Source: Lysobacterales bacterium
Lineage (GTDB): Bacteria; Pseudomonadota; Gammaproteobacteria; Xanthomonadales; SZUA-36
Reading direction: 5' to 3'
NCBI GenBank assembly: GCA_031362985.1
Contig: JANLTO010000017.1
Coordinates: 15,947-79,946, forward strand
DNA: 64,000 nucleotides
Both the position numbers and the translations under genes were made by a program. The notes beneath the pieces were generated by a model. The model searched no databases. It was not told where the DNA came from and was given only the letters and a program-made list of their open reading frames with translations. This document shows, piece by piece, positions 27,058 through 39,838 of this stretch (positions are counted from its first letter, which is position 1; every line of letters begins with the position of its first letter).

Positions 27058-29351
27058 TGTGTTCTTCCCGGGCCGGCAGGGTATTTCCCCAATAATCTGT
27101 CTTTAAGAAAGCTGAGTACGCCAAGCGCAAGGCCTACGGCGCTATAGCAGTACTGCAGCCAGATCATCGGGACGGCACGAAGCGCAAACCAGGCACCCCG
27201 CGATCGCCACAGGAATGTAAGAAACTGAGCATTGAGTAGCACGAGCACCAGCAGCAGTCCCGCTTCTGCGGCCACCACGGAATCATGCAGCAGCGGCGCA
27301 AGGAACATCAGGCCGACCGTCACCATACTCGTGATGTTGTTGGTGCGCAGATTAAGATCGCGGTGAAATATCCGGCGTTGCAGCATGATTTTCGTCCAGG
27401 GAATTGCGCGCTGGAACACATCTGCGCGCACCAGGCTGGCCAGGGTGTAACGTTTGGTGTGGGTTAGCTGGATTGCAGAGCTTAGTAAAATGCGGTGCCC
27501 CGCCTGGTGCAGGCGATAGCCCAGCTCGACGTCTTCCATTGCCCGGTAGCGCTCGTCGAATCCGCCCGCCTGGGTGAAAACTTCCCGCCTGATGGCGCCA
27601 TAGCCGCCGCAGAAGGTTGCAGCTTCCCGTCCCGAAACCTGGTGGGTATAGTGGTGCAACAGGTTTTTATACTGGGATGCAAAGTTCTGCGCCGGCGTGT
27701 CGTCCTGGTAGGAACAAAAGGTGGCTGCCACATCAGGCTGCTGCGTAAACACATGCATGATCCGGTCCAGTGTATCGGGCTCAATGAGCACATCGGCGTC
27801 GAGAAAAAACAACAGTTCCGCCTGCGCCAGTTGCACGCCACGGTTGCGCGCCGTGGCCGCACCACGATTTCGATCGAGCCGCACAAAGCGGCCACAGCGC
27901 TCCCGCGCGATTTGGTCGCTGCCATCAGTGGAGTGGTCATCAACGACTATAAGTTCGTAATCGGTCAGATGCGAGCGCTGCAGTGCGTCCAGGCATTGGC
28001 CCAGGGATCCGATCGCGTTGTACACGGGGATGATGACCGACACACGCGGCAGCGCAGATACTGCAGTGCCGGGTTCACGCAATTCCGGCTCAGCGCCAGC
28101 CGGGACTATGCGGCCGTAGGCATCCAGCAAGCCTTGCACCACCAGGTTCCAGTCATAGCTGCTTGCCACGGTTTGCCGCGCGGTATTTACCATGCTGCGC
28201 CAGCTTTCCCGGTTGTCCAGTAAATGCAGGATCTGCCGGGCAAAATCTCCAGGCTCATCGGCAATGAACAGGTCCTTACCCTCTTTCAGTACCAGGCCCT
28301 CGCAGCCCACGCGGCTTGACACCACCGGTCGGCCCAGCGCCATGGCTTCAAGTATTTTCAGGCGCGAGCCGCCGCCACTGCGCAGCGGTGCAATGGCCAC
28401 GTGTGCGCGCTGGTAAAAGGGTGTGAGGTCATCCACCCGGTCGGTGATTTCCACCTGCCCAGGTTGTGCCAGGTGCGCAAGAAATTTCTGCCCGCCCGAG
28501 CCAATTATGGTCAGGCGGCAGCGAGGGCGTTGACGCTGCACCAGCGGCAGTACGTCGCGGCAAAATGTCTGCATGGCATCGCGGTTGGGCAGGTAACCCA
28601 TGGTACCGACGAATACCAGTTCGCCACCGCTTGTAGCATCACTGGCCGCAGCATCTGACCAGGGTTCGGGCAGGGGCAAGAGCTGCGTGCAGTCCACTCC
28701 GTTCTGGACAATGCTGATTCGCCCCGCCAATGGTTTTGCTGCATTGACGTCAAGGTTCCGGGCAAGGTTTTCCAGCCGGGCGCGGTCCTGTGCGGATACC
28801 ACGATCGAAAGGTCAAACTGTCGTGCAACCCGCGCCTCCCAACCCCGCAACGACAGCCATTTCAGCGCGGCAGGCACTCGCCCCGCACCCGAACTCATGT
28901 CCAGCATGCTGCGGTACTGCTGCGCCCCGATGTTGTGCAATGACAGCACGCAAGCCCCACGAAAGCCGGGCGCCAGATCCGCGCGATATGGCGCCAGGAA
29001 AGAGTGCTCGATTTGCACAATATCAAAGGCCTGCTCCGCCGTAAGCTGCCTGATGCGTCGGGCCAGTGCGGGGTAATAAAAAGGCGTGGTTGCACAAGGC
29101 CGACCAGCTGGCAGGCCGCGCACTGCCATGCCTAATGTTGCCAGCCAGCTTCGATCAGCAACAACGCCATCGACATGCCGGCAATACGCCCGCATCGACT
29201 GCATGTGTTCTTTCTCTGCGGGAAATTCCAGCAGAGAGAGGACTGACACCTCGTGCTGCTGCGCCACGCGCGATATCAGGTTGAAATCCCGGATTCTCGC
29301 GCCACTGCATGGTGGGACCGGCAGACCGTAGGTAATGAACAGGATTTTCAC
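27054..29351 (-). CDS. Bifunctional GT4 (N-terminal) - GT2 with multi-TM tail (C-terminal) glycosyltransferase
   Basis: 765 aa. N-terminal half: MKILFITYGLPVPPCSGARIRDFNL...GGGSRLKILEAMALGRPVV. C-terminal half: VSVIIPVYNA...LIVVDDHSTDG...FLDADV...GYGAIRREV...EDVELGYRL, followed by hydrophobic helices. The C-terminal half aligns along its whole length with residues ~25-400 of ORF 5016..8234. Confidence 0.85.
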   Translation of the reverse strand: MKILFITYGLPVPPCSGARIRDFNLISRVAQQHEVSVLSLLEFPAEKEHMQSMRAYCRHVDGVVADRSWLATLGMAVRGLPAGRPCATTPFYYPALARRIRQLTAEQAFDIVQIEHSFLAPYRADLAPGFRGACVLSLHNIGAQQYRSMLDMSSGAGRVPAALKWLSLRGWEARVARQFDLSIVVSAQDRARLENLARNLDVNAAKPLAGRISIVQNGVDCTQLLPLPEPWSDAAASDATSGGELVFVGTMGYLPNRDAMQTFCRDVLPLVQRQRPRCRLTIIGSGGQKFLAHLAQPGQVEITDRVDDLTPFYQRAHVAIAPLRSGGGSRLKILEAMALGRPVVSSRVGCEGLVLKEGKDLFIADEPGDFARQILHLLDNRESWRSMVNTARQTVASSYDWNLVVQGLLDAYGRIVPAGAEPELREPGTAVSALPRVSVIIPVYNAIGSLGQCLDALQRSHLTDYELIVVDDHSTDGSDQIARERCGRFVRLDRNRGAATARNRGVQLAQAELLFFLDADVLIEPDTLDRIMHVFTQQPDVAATFCSYQDDTPAQNFASQYKNLLHHYTHQVSGREAATFCGGYGAIRREVFTQAGGFDERYRAMEDVELGYRLHQAGHRILLSSAIQLTHTKRYTLASLVRADVFQRAIPWTKIMLQRRIFHRDLNLRTNNITSMVTVGLMFLAPLLHDSVVAAEAGLLLVLVLLNAQFLTFLWRSRGAWFALRAVPMIWLQYCYSAVGLALGVLSFLKDRLLGKYPAGPGRTQ

Positions 29352-29393
29352 TGGAAAGCAGAGACTGACGCGGCTGGATGCGGGTCCTTGCGT

Positions 29394-30200
29394 TCAGGCA
29401 TCACGATGGAGGACCTCAAAATTTGGCATTCCGTGGCAGCGGTAACCCATCTCATGCGCCATGATGCCAAGGCCTTCGGTTTCGATCTCTCCGCGATAGT
29501 CACCACGCCAGGCGCGCAGGAAATCGAAACGGGAGTGGCACTGGTTATCCTGTCGCACACGGGCAATCGGGCGGCCGAGAAAAAAAGTGGGGAAAATCAA
29601 GCCCTCGCGATGGATGTCAGCGCGCACCAGCAGCACCGTGCCACCCACCGTGTCGAGCTCCACCAGGTCACCTTCCTGGCGCATGCCATCCATGTGCAGC
29701 CTGCCATGATCGCGCCAGGCATTGCAGTCGAACGTGGGCCCACCATATTCCTTCACGCAGTGTGGCTGAACTATGTCCTTGCCGGTTGCGAGCACGCGCT
29801 GAATCAGGTCTGGCGGGTATTCAATGATGTCGACGTCGAGCCACAACACCCAATCATGTTCCTGTAAGGCGTTAAACAACAGGAAATTTCGACTCTTGGC
29901 CAGCACGCAGCGACGGTTTTTCTGTATGCTTCGGTCCCAGCGCTTCTTGCCCGTTGGAAGCTGGAAGTCAAAATCCCTTTTCCATATACGCGCAGAGGCA
30001 AAATGGCCGGCACACGCATGCAATTCAGCCTGAAATTTTTCAAACGTGCCGTCGGTGCTGTCACTTTCCAGCAATCCCACGGACAAGAGCTCGCGCGGGT
30101 AGTCCAGGCTGCGCAAACCCGCAAAATAGCTCTTCAGGCACGTGCTGGCGTTTTTTACCGGGGTGAGGATAAGAATTTTCGCTTGAGCAACCATTGGCAA
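29394..30200 (-). CDS. GT-A glycosyltransferase resembling the fungal Anp1/Mnn9/Van1 (GT62) mannosyltransferase family
   Basis: 268 aa. ILILTPVKNASTCLKSYFAGLRSLDYPRELLSVGLLESDSTDGT and WVLWLDVDIIEYPPDLI recall the Anp1 family signature. This is from memory and not searched. Confidence 0.5.
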   Translation of the reverse strand: MPMVAQAKILILTPVKNASTCLKSYFAGLRSLDYPRELLSVGLLESDSTDGTFEKFQAELHACAGHFASARIWKRDFDFQLPTGKKRWDRSIQKNRRCVLAKSRNFLLFNALQEHDWVLWLDVDIIEYPPDLIQRVLATGKDIVQPHCVKEYGGPTFDCNAWRDHGRLHMDGMRQEGDLVELDTVGGTVLLVRADIHREGLIFPTFFLGRPIARVRQDNQCHSRFDFLRAWRGDYRGEIETEGLGIMAHEMGYRCHGMPNFEVLHRDA

Positions 30201-30370
30201 GGTCGGATGTGCCGGCCTGTCTCCACTTGATGAGGCATGCGTTCATGATACTCAAGTCAAAAATCCATTGCGAGAAAGCGCTTCCGGCAATCAGCGCGAC
30301 CGGTACTTGCACGCCGGATCATTTAACGTAATGCTCAAGCCCATGATGGCTGGTACGAGGAGGGCGCCGG

Positions 30371-31873
30371 GTGCCTGACCTGTCACAGAAGCAACCGAGG
30401 GTGATTTGCATTGGCGCGGGTCCAGCCGGACTGACCGCAGCCTATCGCCTGACTGCGGCCAGGGCAAATGTCACAGTGCTGGAGCGCGACCCGGTGCATG
30501 TGGGCGGAATATCCCGCACGGAGAAGTACAAAGGATTCCGCTTCGACGTCGGTGGACACCGGTTTTTTTCCCGCTCTAAGGAAATTGAGGCGCTGTGGGA
30601 CGAGATCCTCGGCGACCAGCTGATCAACCGTCCGCGCAAATCACGCATTTTCTACAAGGGCAAGCTGTTCGACTATCCCCTGCGCGCCCTGGACGCCTTG
30701 ACCAAGCTGGGCTTTTTTGAATCCGCCTGGTGTATGGTTTCTTATTTCAAAGCGCGGCTGGTTCCCATGCGCAATCCGCAAACTTTCGAAGACTGGGTCA
30801 CCAACCAGTTCGGGCGACGTTTATTCAGCATTTTTTTTGAGTCGTATACCGAAAAAGTCTGGGGTATGAAATGCAAGGAAATCTCCGCAGATTGGGCGGC
30901 ACAGAGAATCAAGGGCCTGTCTCTGGGAGGCGCAGTGAAAAACGCACTGATTCCTTCCTGGCTACAGCGCGCAAGTAAAAAGCCCAAAACCCTGGTCGAG
31001 CAATTTCGCTACCCGCGACTTGGCCCAGGCCAAATGTGGGAGGCCTGTGCAGAAAAAGTGAGCCAGAGGGGTGGGGAAGTGTTGCTGGGAATGGAAGTAC
31101 ACCGCCTGGTGCGCAATCCCGTGAGTGGCGAATGGACCGTTTTCGCCTTGGACCCGGAGGGCGGACGGCACGAATTTCACGCCGATCACGTCATTTCGTC
31201 CGCAGCGATTTCGGATCTGGCGGAATACCTCGAACCCCGCTTGCCTGAGCCGGTGCTCGCGGCCGCCCGGGCCTTGCACTACCGCGACTTTATTACCGTG
31301 GCGCTGATCGTCAAAGACGTGGATTGCTTCGACGACAACTGGATCTACATTCACGATTCAATGGTTAAAGTAGGCCGCATTCAGAACTTCAAGTCGTGGT
31401 CTCCCCACCTGGTGCCGGATCCGGACCTGAACTGCCTGGGCCTGGAGTATTTCTGCTTCAAGGGAGACGGCCTGTGGGATGCGAAGGATGAAGACCTGGT
31501 GCGGCTGGCGGATGAAGAGCTGATCCAGTTGGGACTGGTGACCCCGGGACATGTCATGGATGGCACGGTGATTCGCCAACCCAAGGCCTACCCGGTGTAC
31601 GACGATAGCTATGAAGAGCGGGTTGCGCTTTTTCGCAGTTGGTTGGATAAGCACATGCCGGAATTGCACCTTGTCGGACGCAACGGCATGCACAAGTACA
31701 ACAACCAGGACCACGCCATGATGACCGCATTGCTCACAGCGGAAAATATCCTCGCCGGACAGAAACTCTGGGATGTCTGGCGGGTAAACCAGGACGCCGA
31801 ATACCACGAGATGGGAGAGGACCGGACGCTGGCATTCAGTGAGCGGCGGGTGCCTCGCTCAATTTCCGATTGA
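30371..31873 (+). CDS. NAD(P)/FAD-dependent oxidoreductase (amine-oxidase / UDP-galactopyranose-mutase-like fold)
   Basis: 500 aa, GTG start. Dinucleotide-binding VICIGAGPAGLTAAYRL...VLERDPVHVGGISRT...FRFDVGGHRFF. Confidence 0.8.
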   Translation: MPDLSQKQPRVICIGAGPAGLTAAYRLTAARANVTVLERDPVHVGGISRTEKYKGFRFDVGGHRFFSRSKEIEALWDEILGDQLINRPRKSRIFYKGKLFDYPLRALDALTKLGFFESAWCMVSYFKARLVPMRNPQTFEDWVTNQFGRRLFSIFFESYTEKVWGMKCKEISADWAAQRIKGLSLGGAVKNALIPSWLQRASKKPKTLVEQFRYPRLGPGQMWEACAEKVSQRGGEVLLGMEVHRLVRNPVSGEWTVFALDPEGGRHEFHADHVISSAAISDLAEYLEPRLPEPVLAAARALHYRDFITVALIVKDVDCFDDNWIYIHDSMVKVGRIQNFKSWSPHLVPDPDLNCLGLEYFCFKGDGLWDAKDEDLVRLADEELIQLGLVTPGHVMDGTVIRQPKAYPVYDDSYEERVALFRSWLDKHMPELHLVGRNGMHKYNNQDHAMMTALLTAENILAGQKLWDVWRVNQDAEYHEMGEDRTLAFSERRVPRSISD

Positions 31874-33707
31874 GCGCTTCCAACTCCTCGCGCGACTCGG
31901 CATGCTGCGGTTGCAACTCCAGGGCTTCCATTAGCAATGTCCGGGCGGCGAGCAGGCTGCTGCGTTCCGTGGGATGCATCTGGATCAGAGCCACTGCCTC
32001 GAAGTACTTTCTGAGAAAGGTTTTTGCTTCCCCCTTGATGGCCAGCCCCACTTGCTCCTCGGCTTCAATTCTGCGGCCGAGGTGAAGGTACATCATGGCT
32101 AGGTTAAAGTGCGCGAAGGATGTCGCGAGCGGTCTGCGCCCGACAGACAGAAAGGCCCGCTCGGCATCCTTGTAGCGGCCAACCTGTCCATAAGCCGATC
32201 CGCAGTGAGTGCCCAGGTCATTCAAAGAACCATCGCGTTGCAGATGTGCATCACACAACTCCACGGCGCGGGCGTTATTTTTTTCCCGCAGTTGGGCGGC
32301 CAGCAGGGTGTTAAGAATAGGGCTTTTATTGCGCAACTTTTGGTAATCGGTTTCAAACAACAGAATGTCGCTGGCCCAATCGGCGTTGCGCGACCAGGTC
32401 AGTGGCATCAGGACAGCGCAGATGATCAGGGTGGCGATCACGGCGGCATTCAGGCTGAACTTCCGTGCAAACAGCCAGAGACCAAATGCCAGCATGATGG
32501 CAAAACCGACCGATGGCAGATAAAGAATGCGGTCCGCCAGGCCCGGGTAGCTGCCCGATTCGCCCATTAAGCCGCTCGACGGCAGAATTGCAATGTAGAA
32601 AAAAGCCAGGCCGATCAGGAATAAAGGCCGCTTGCGCACATACGCCACAACTGCGCCAACCAGCACGGCCAGTTGGGCTGCAAGCGCCAACCGGGTGTTT
32701 ATTCCCGGGGCATCGTAATAAATCTGCAGCGGGTGCGGCCACAATTGAATCTTTAATCCTTCGAACCACATACCAATCGCCGGCTGCACCCGAGCCGGGT
32801 TGAAGCCCAAGCCGTGCTGCAAAGACGAGAAAACCTGGCCCGCTGCACCGGGGGGCTGTAACCCGGGCTCCGCGCCGGAACCTTGCACCACTGCGGTTGC
32901 CAGGGCATGCGAACGCAGGACCAGGTAAATGCCCAACGGCAGTAGCAGGCTGAGCACCGGAGCGCAGGCCCGCAGCCGTTGCTGCCAGGAATCGGAGCGG
33001 GTCAACCACAATACGGCTACTGCCAGCAGGGGGAGCGCAGCGCTGCTTTCACGGCAAAACAGCACCAGCACATAGACCATGTTTAGTCCCAACCACGCTT
33101 TTCCCGGTTGCTTTTGCCGGCAATCGAGGAACCACTTCAAGCCACCAACCACCCCTATGGTGACAAGGATTTCGGACCCGTTAAAAACCGAATTCACCAC
33201 TTCGGCATGGATGGGGTGAACGCCAAACAGCAAGGCTACCAGAAGCGCCAACGCCCTGGATTCGCTCCGCTCATGTCCGCAAAGCTCCAACAACTGCCTG
33301 AGGAAACCATAAACAAGCAGGGTTGCAAGCACGTGCAAGACAATGTTAACGAGGTGATATCCTGCCATCCATTCGCCAAACAACTGTGACTCCGCAGCGA
33401 TGAAGAGCAGCAGCAGTGGACGATAGAGTTTGGAATCGGTGCCACTGGCAGCCCAGAGATCTTCGCTAAAAAAGCGCAGCACGTCAGCTATGCTCAATCC
33501 GGAGAATCGGCTGCTGTCTACAAAAACCCGGTCATCGAAGGTGATGTTGTCGGGCCAGGCATTGGCATAGGCAAGCAGGGTGAACAGCACGAGCACCAGG
33601 CAGGCGATGCCATTACTCACCCCTGCCCGGTTGATGGGCCGCAGGCCAGGAGTAGTAATTTTATTGGGAGATGAGCGCTGTGCGCGGGGGTGCTTTCGTT
33701 GGGCCAT
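31836..33707 (-). CDS. GT-C fold membrane glycosyltransferase with C-terminal TPR repeats (PMT/TMTC-like)
   Basis: 623 aa. Multiple TM helices and a first-loop acidic motif NITFDDRVFVD. YRPLLLLF...GYHLVNIVLHVLATLLVY recalls TMTC/PMT_2 proteins. The last ~170 aa are TPR-like. Confidence 0.65.
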   Translation of the reverse strand: MAQRKHPRAQRSSPNKITTPGLRPINRAGVSNGIACLVLVLFTLLAYANAWPDNITFDDRVFVDSSRFSGLSIADVLRFFSEDLWAASGTDSKLYRPLLLLFIAAESQLFGEWMAGYHLVNIVLHVLATLLVYGFLRQLLELCGHERSESRALALLVALLFGVHPIHAEVVNSVFNGSEILVTIGVVGGLKWFLDCRQKQPGKAWLGLNMVYVLVLFCRESSAALPLLAVAVLWLTRSDSWQQRLRACAPVLSLLLPLGIYLVLRSHALATAVVQGSGAEPGLQPPGAAGQVFSSLQHGLGFNPARVQPAIGMWFEGLKIQLWPHPLQIYYDAPGINTRLALAAQLAVLVGAVVAYVRKRPLFLIGLAFFYIAILPSSGLMGESGSYPGLADRILYLPSVGFAIMLAFGLWLFARKFSLNAAVIATLIICAVLMPLTWSRNADWASDILLFETDYQKLRNKSPILNTLLAAQLREKNNARAVELCDAHLQRDGSLNDLGTHCGSAYGQVGRYKDAERAFLSVGRRPLATSFAHFNLAMMYLHLGRRIEAEEQVGLAIKGEAKTFLRKYFEAVALIQMHPTERSSLLAARTLLMEALELQPQHAESREELEALNRKLSEAPAAH

Positions 33708-33855
33708 GGCTTGAGTCTACGAACCTCGCAGGGGCACTTCAAGGAACTTTGTACCACCTGCGCCGGCCCGGGTCAGAAATCACCCAAATGCGAGCAGGAA
33801 AGTGTCTGCTGTGTAATACTTTTGTCGTAATCATGGTCATTTGTGGATAATATTG

Positions 33856-33892
33856 CTCAGGCAATCTCTGAATAAATCAGAGTTTCCTCAGG
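33856..33892. repeat. 35-bp palindromic element family, copy d
   Basis: CTCAGGCAATCTCTGAATAAATCAGAGTTTCCTCAGG, 26 nt upstream of the MarR gene start. Confidence 0.85.
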
Positions 33893-33917
33893 TTTCATTC
33901 GCTGACAGGAGAGGGTT

Positions 33918-34310
33918 GTGAGTTCGGATATCGCCAGAAAAAGCGCCACAGAGCTCATGACGGAGCGAGCCATGACCGGGCTGTTCAGCCGCGCCTTTTC
34001 CCAGCCCCTTAAGCTTCTGGGGCAAAGTGAGGCGTCTCTTTCCAGCTACGCTGTCTTTTGGTGCGTGGCCTATCATGCCGGAAGCACGCAGGTGGAAGTT
34101 GCTGATCTTACAGGGCTTTCCGCCAAAACCGTTTCCCGGGTAATTTCCCTCTTGGGAGAAACCGGGCAGGGTCGCGGCTGGATAAGACAGGAATCCGACC
34201 CGGCCGATCGGCGGGTGCGCCGCCTGCACCTGAGCCGCAAGGGCGAAAAAATTCACGCCAGGCTGCTGGCTGACCTGGGAACATTTGCTGGCGAGATACC
34301 CGCCGGCTAA
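33918..34310 (+). CDS. MarR family transcriptional regulator
   Basis: 130 aa. GTG start preceded by AGGAGAGGG. Winged HTH QVEVADLTGLSAKTVSRVISLL and the MarR wing motif DPADRRVRRLHLSRKGE. Confidence 0.8.
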   Translation: MSSDIARKSATELMTERAMTGLFSRAFSQPLKLLGQSEASLSSYAVFWCVAYHAGSTQVEVADLTGLSAKTVSRVISLLGETGQGRGWIRQESDPADRRVRRLHLSRKGEKIHARLLADLGTFAGEIPAG

Positions 34311-34401
34311 AGCATCTCTTTAAGTCAACATCTTGTCTGCCCGGGACAAGTGCGCATTACCCCCAGCCCGTATTGTTCTCCCTGCTTTTGCCGGGACGGA
34401 C

Positions 34402-34746
34402 ATGCCGCGGGTGAACACCATGATGAAACTCAAGCTCAAGAACCCGTGGCGCGACAGCCTGATGATTGCAACCGGGCTGAGCGCACTGGTTTTTACTTCT
34501 TCCCAGTTGTGGCAGGCAGGGCTGGCAGAATGGAGTTTTGCGCTGCTGTTTGCCACAGCCTGGTCACTGATCAGCCTGTTCCTGGCAAACGACGGGTTCA
34601 ACGAGGAATCGGGCGTAATCCTGGCCCACCTGCTCGACGACAATGTTGATCACCTGCACGAGCGCATCCACCGGTTGGAGCAGGAGTTGGCCAGCCGCAA
34701 CGACAGCGGCTCTTTCCGCGCAAAACAGGCCACTAGTAGCCTCTAA
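34402..34746 (+). CDS. Small membrane protein, function unknown
   Basis: Track ORF 34333..34746; starts at 34402 or 34420 are more likely. Two hydrophobic helices, then a charged helical tail (HLHERIHRLEQELASR). I recognise no family. Confidence 0.4.
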   Translation: MPRVNTMMKLKLKNPWRDSLMIATGLSALVFTSSQLWQAGLAEWSFALLFATAWSLISLFLANDGFNEESGVILAHLLDDNVDHLHERIHRLEQELASRNDSGSFRAKQATSSL

Positions 34747-34852
34747 CAACCAAAACGGCCCCCGGGAAAAGCGGGGGATGGACAGGGCCACCTCCCTCGT
34801 TCCGAACATCGCCAATTCCACCACCACGCATGGTTTTTCCGCCCGACCACAT

Positions 34853-34884
34853 CCTTGGAAGCTCATGGCCTTGGAAGCTCATGG
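34853..34884. repeat. Perfect tandem duplication of a 16-mer (CCTTGGAAGCTCATGG x2)
   Basis: Units at 34853-34868 and 34869-34884, read directly from the sequence. Confidence 0.9.
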
Positions 34885-35229
34885 CCATCCCGGATCGGGT
34901 TGCGTGTTCCTGGGGTTGAAAAGCGCCTTCCGGGCCCATTCCCCGGGGGCCCTAAAAACGTCGCGATGGCATCAGGCCGGTAATTAAAAACGCATTAGAG
35001 TGCGCTCATCCTGAGCTGATGGTCCATCCCTGGCCTGGACCGCATCTTCCCGCAGCGGTCCAGTCCGAATGTCACCGTACCGAGATTATTTCGGCATGTC
35101 AACGCATCCCTGGCGCGCTGGCCTGTTGCGCTGACCTTTCGGGATAGAAACCCGATCTGGGCTTTTATAACTTTTTAGAATCTATTCATTCAAAATATTA
35201 ACTTCCACAATGATGGCCCGTGAACTAAA

Positions 35230-35264
35230 TTAGGGAAGCTCTGATTTATTCAGAGTTTCCTTGG
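35230..35264. repeat. 35-bp palindromic element family, copy e (loop inverted)
   Basis: TTAGGGAAGCTCTGATTTATTCAGAGTTTCCTTGG, 55 nt upstream of the gltB start. Confidence 0.85.
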
Positions 35265-35318
35265 CTGCCGGTGATTAAACCTTTGGAGTAACGCACGCCA
35301 TCACGGAGTACCGTACTG

Positions 35319-39818
<4,500 letters not shown>

Positions 39819-39838
39819 GTCCATGAAGGCCTGAATCC

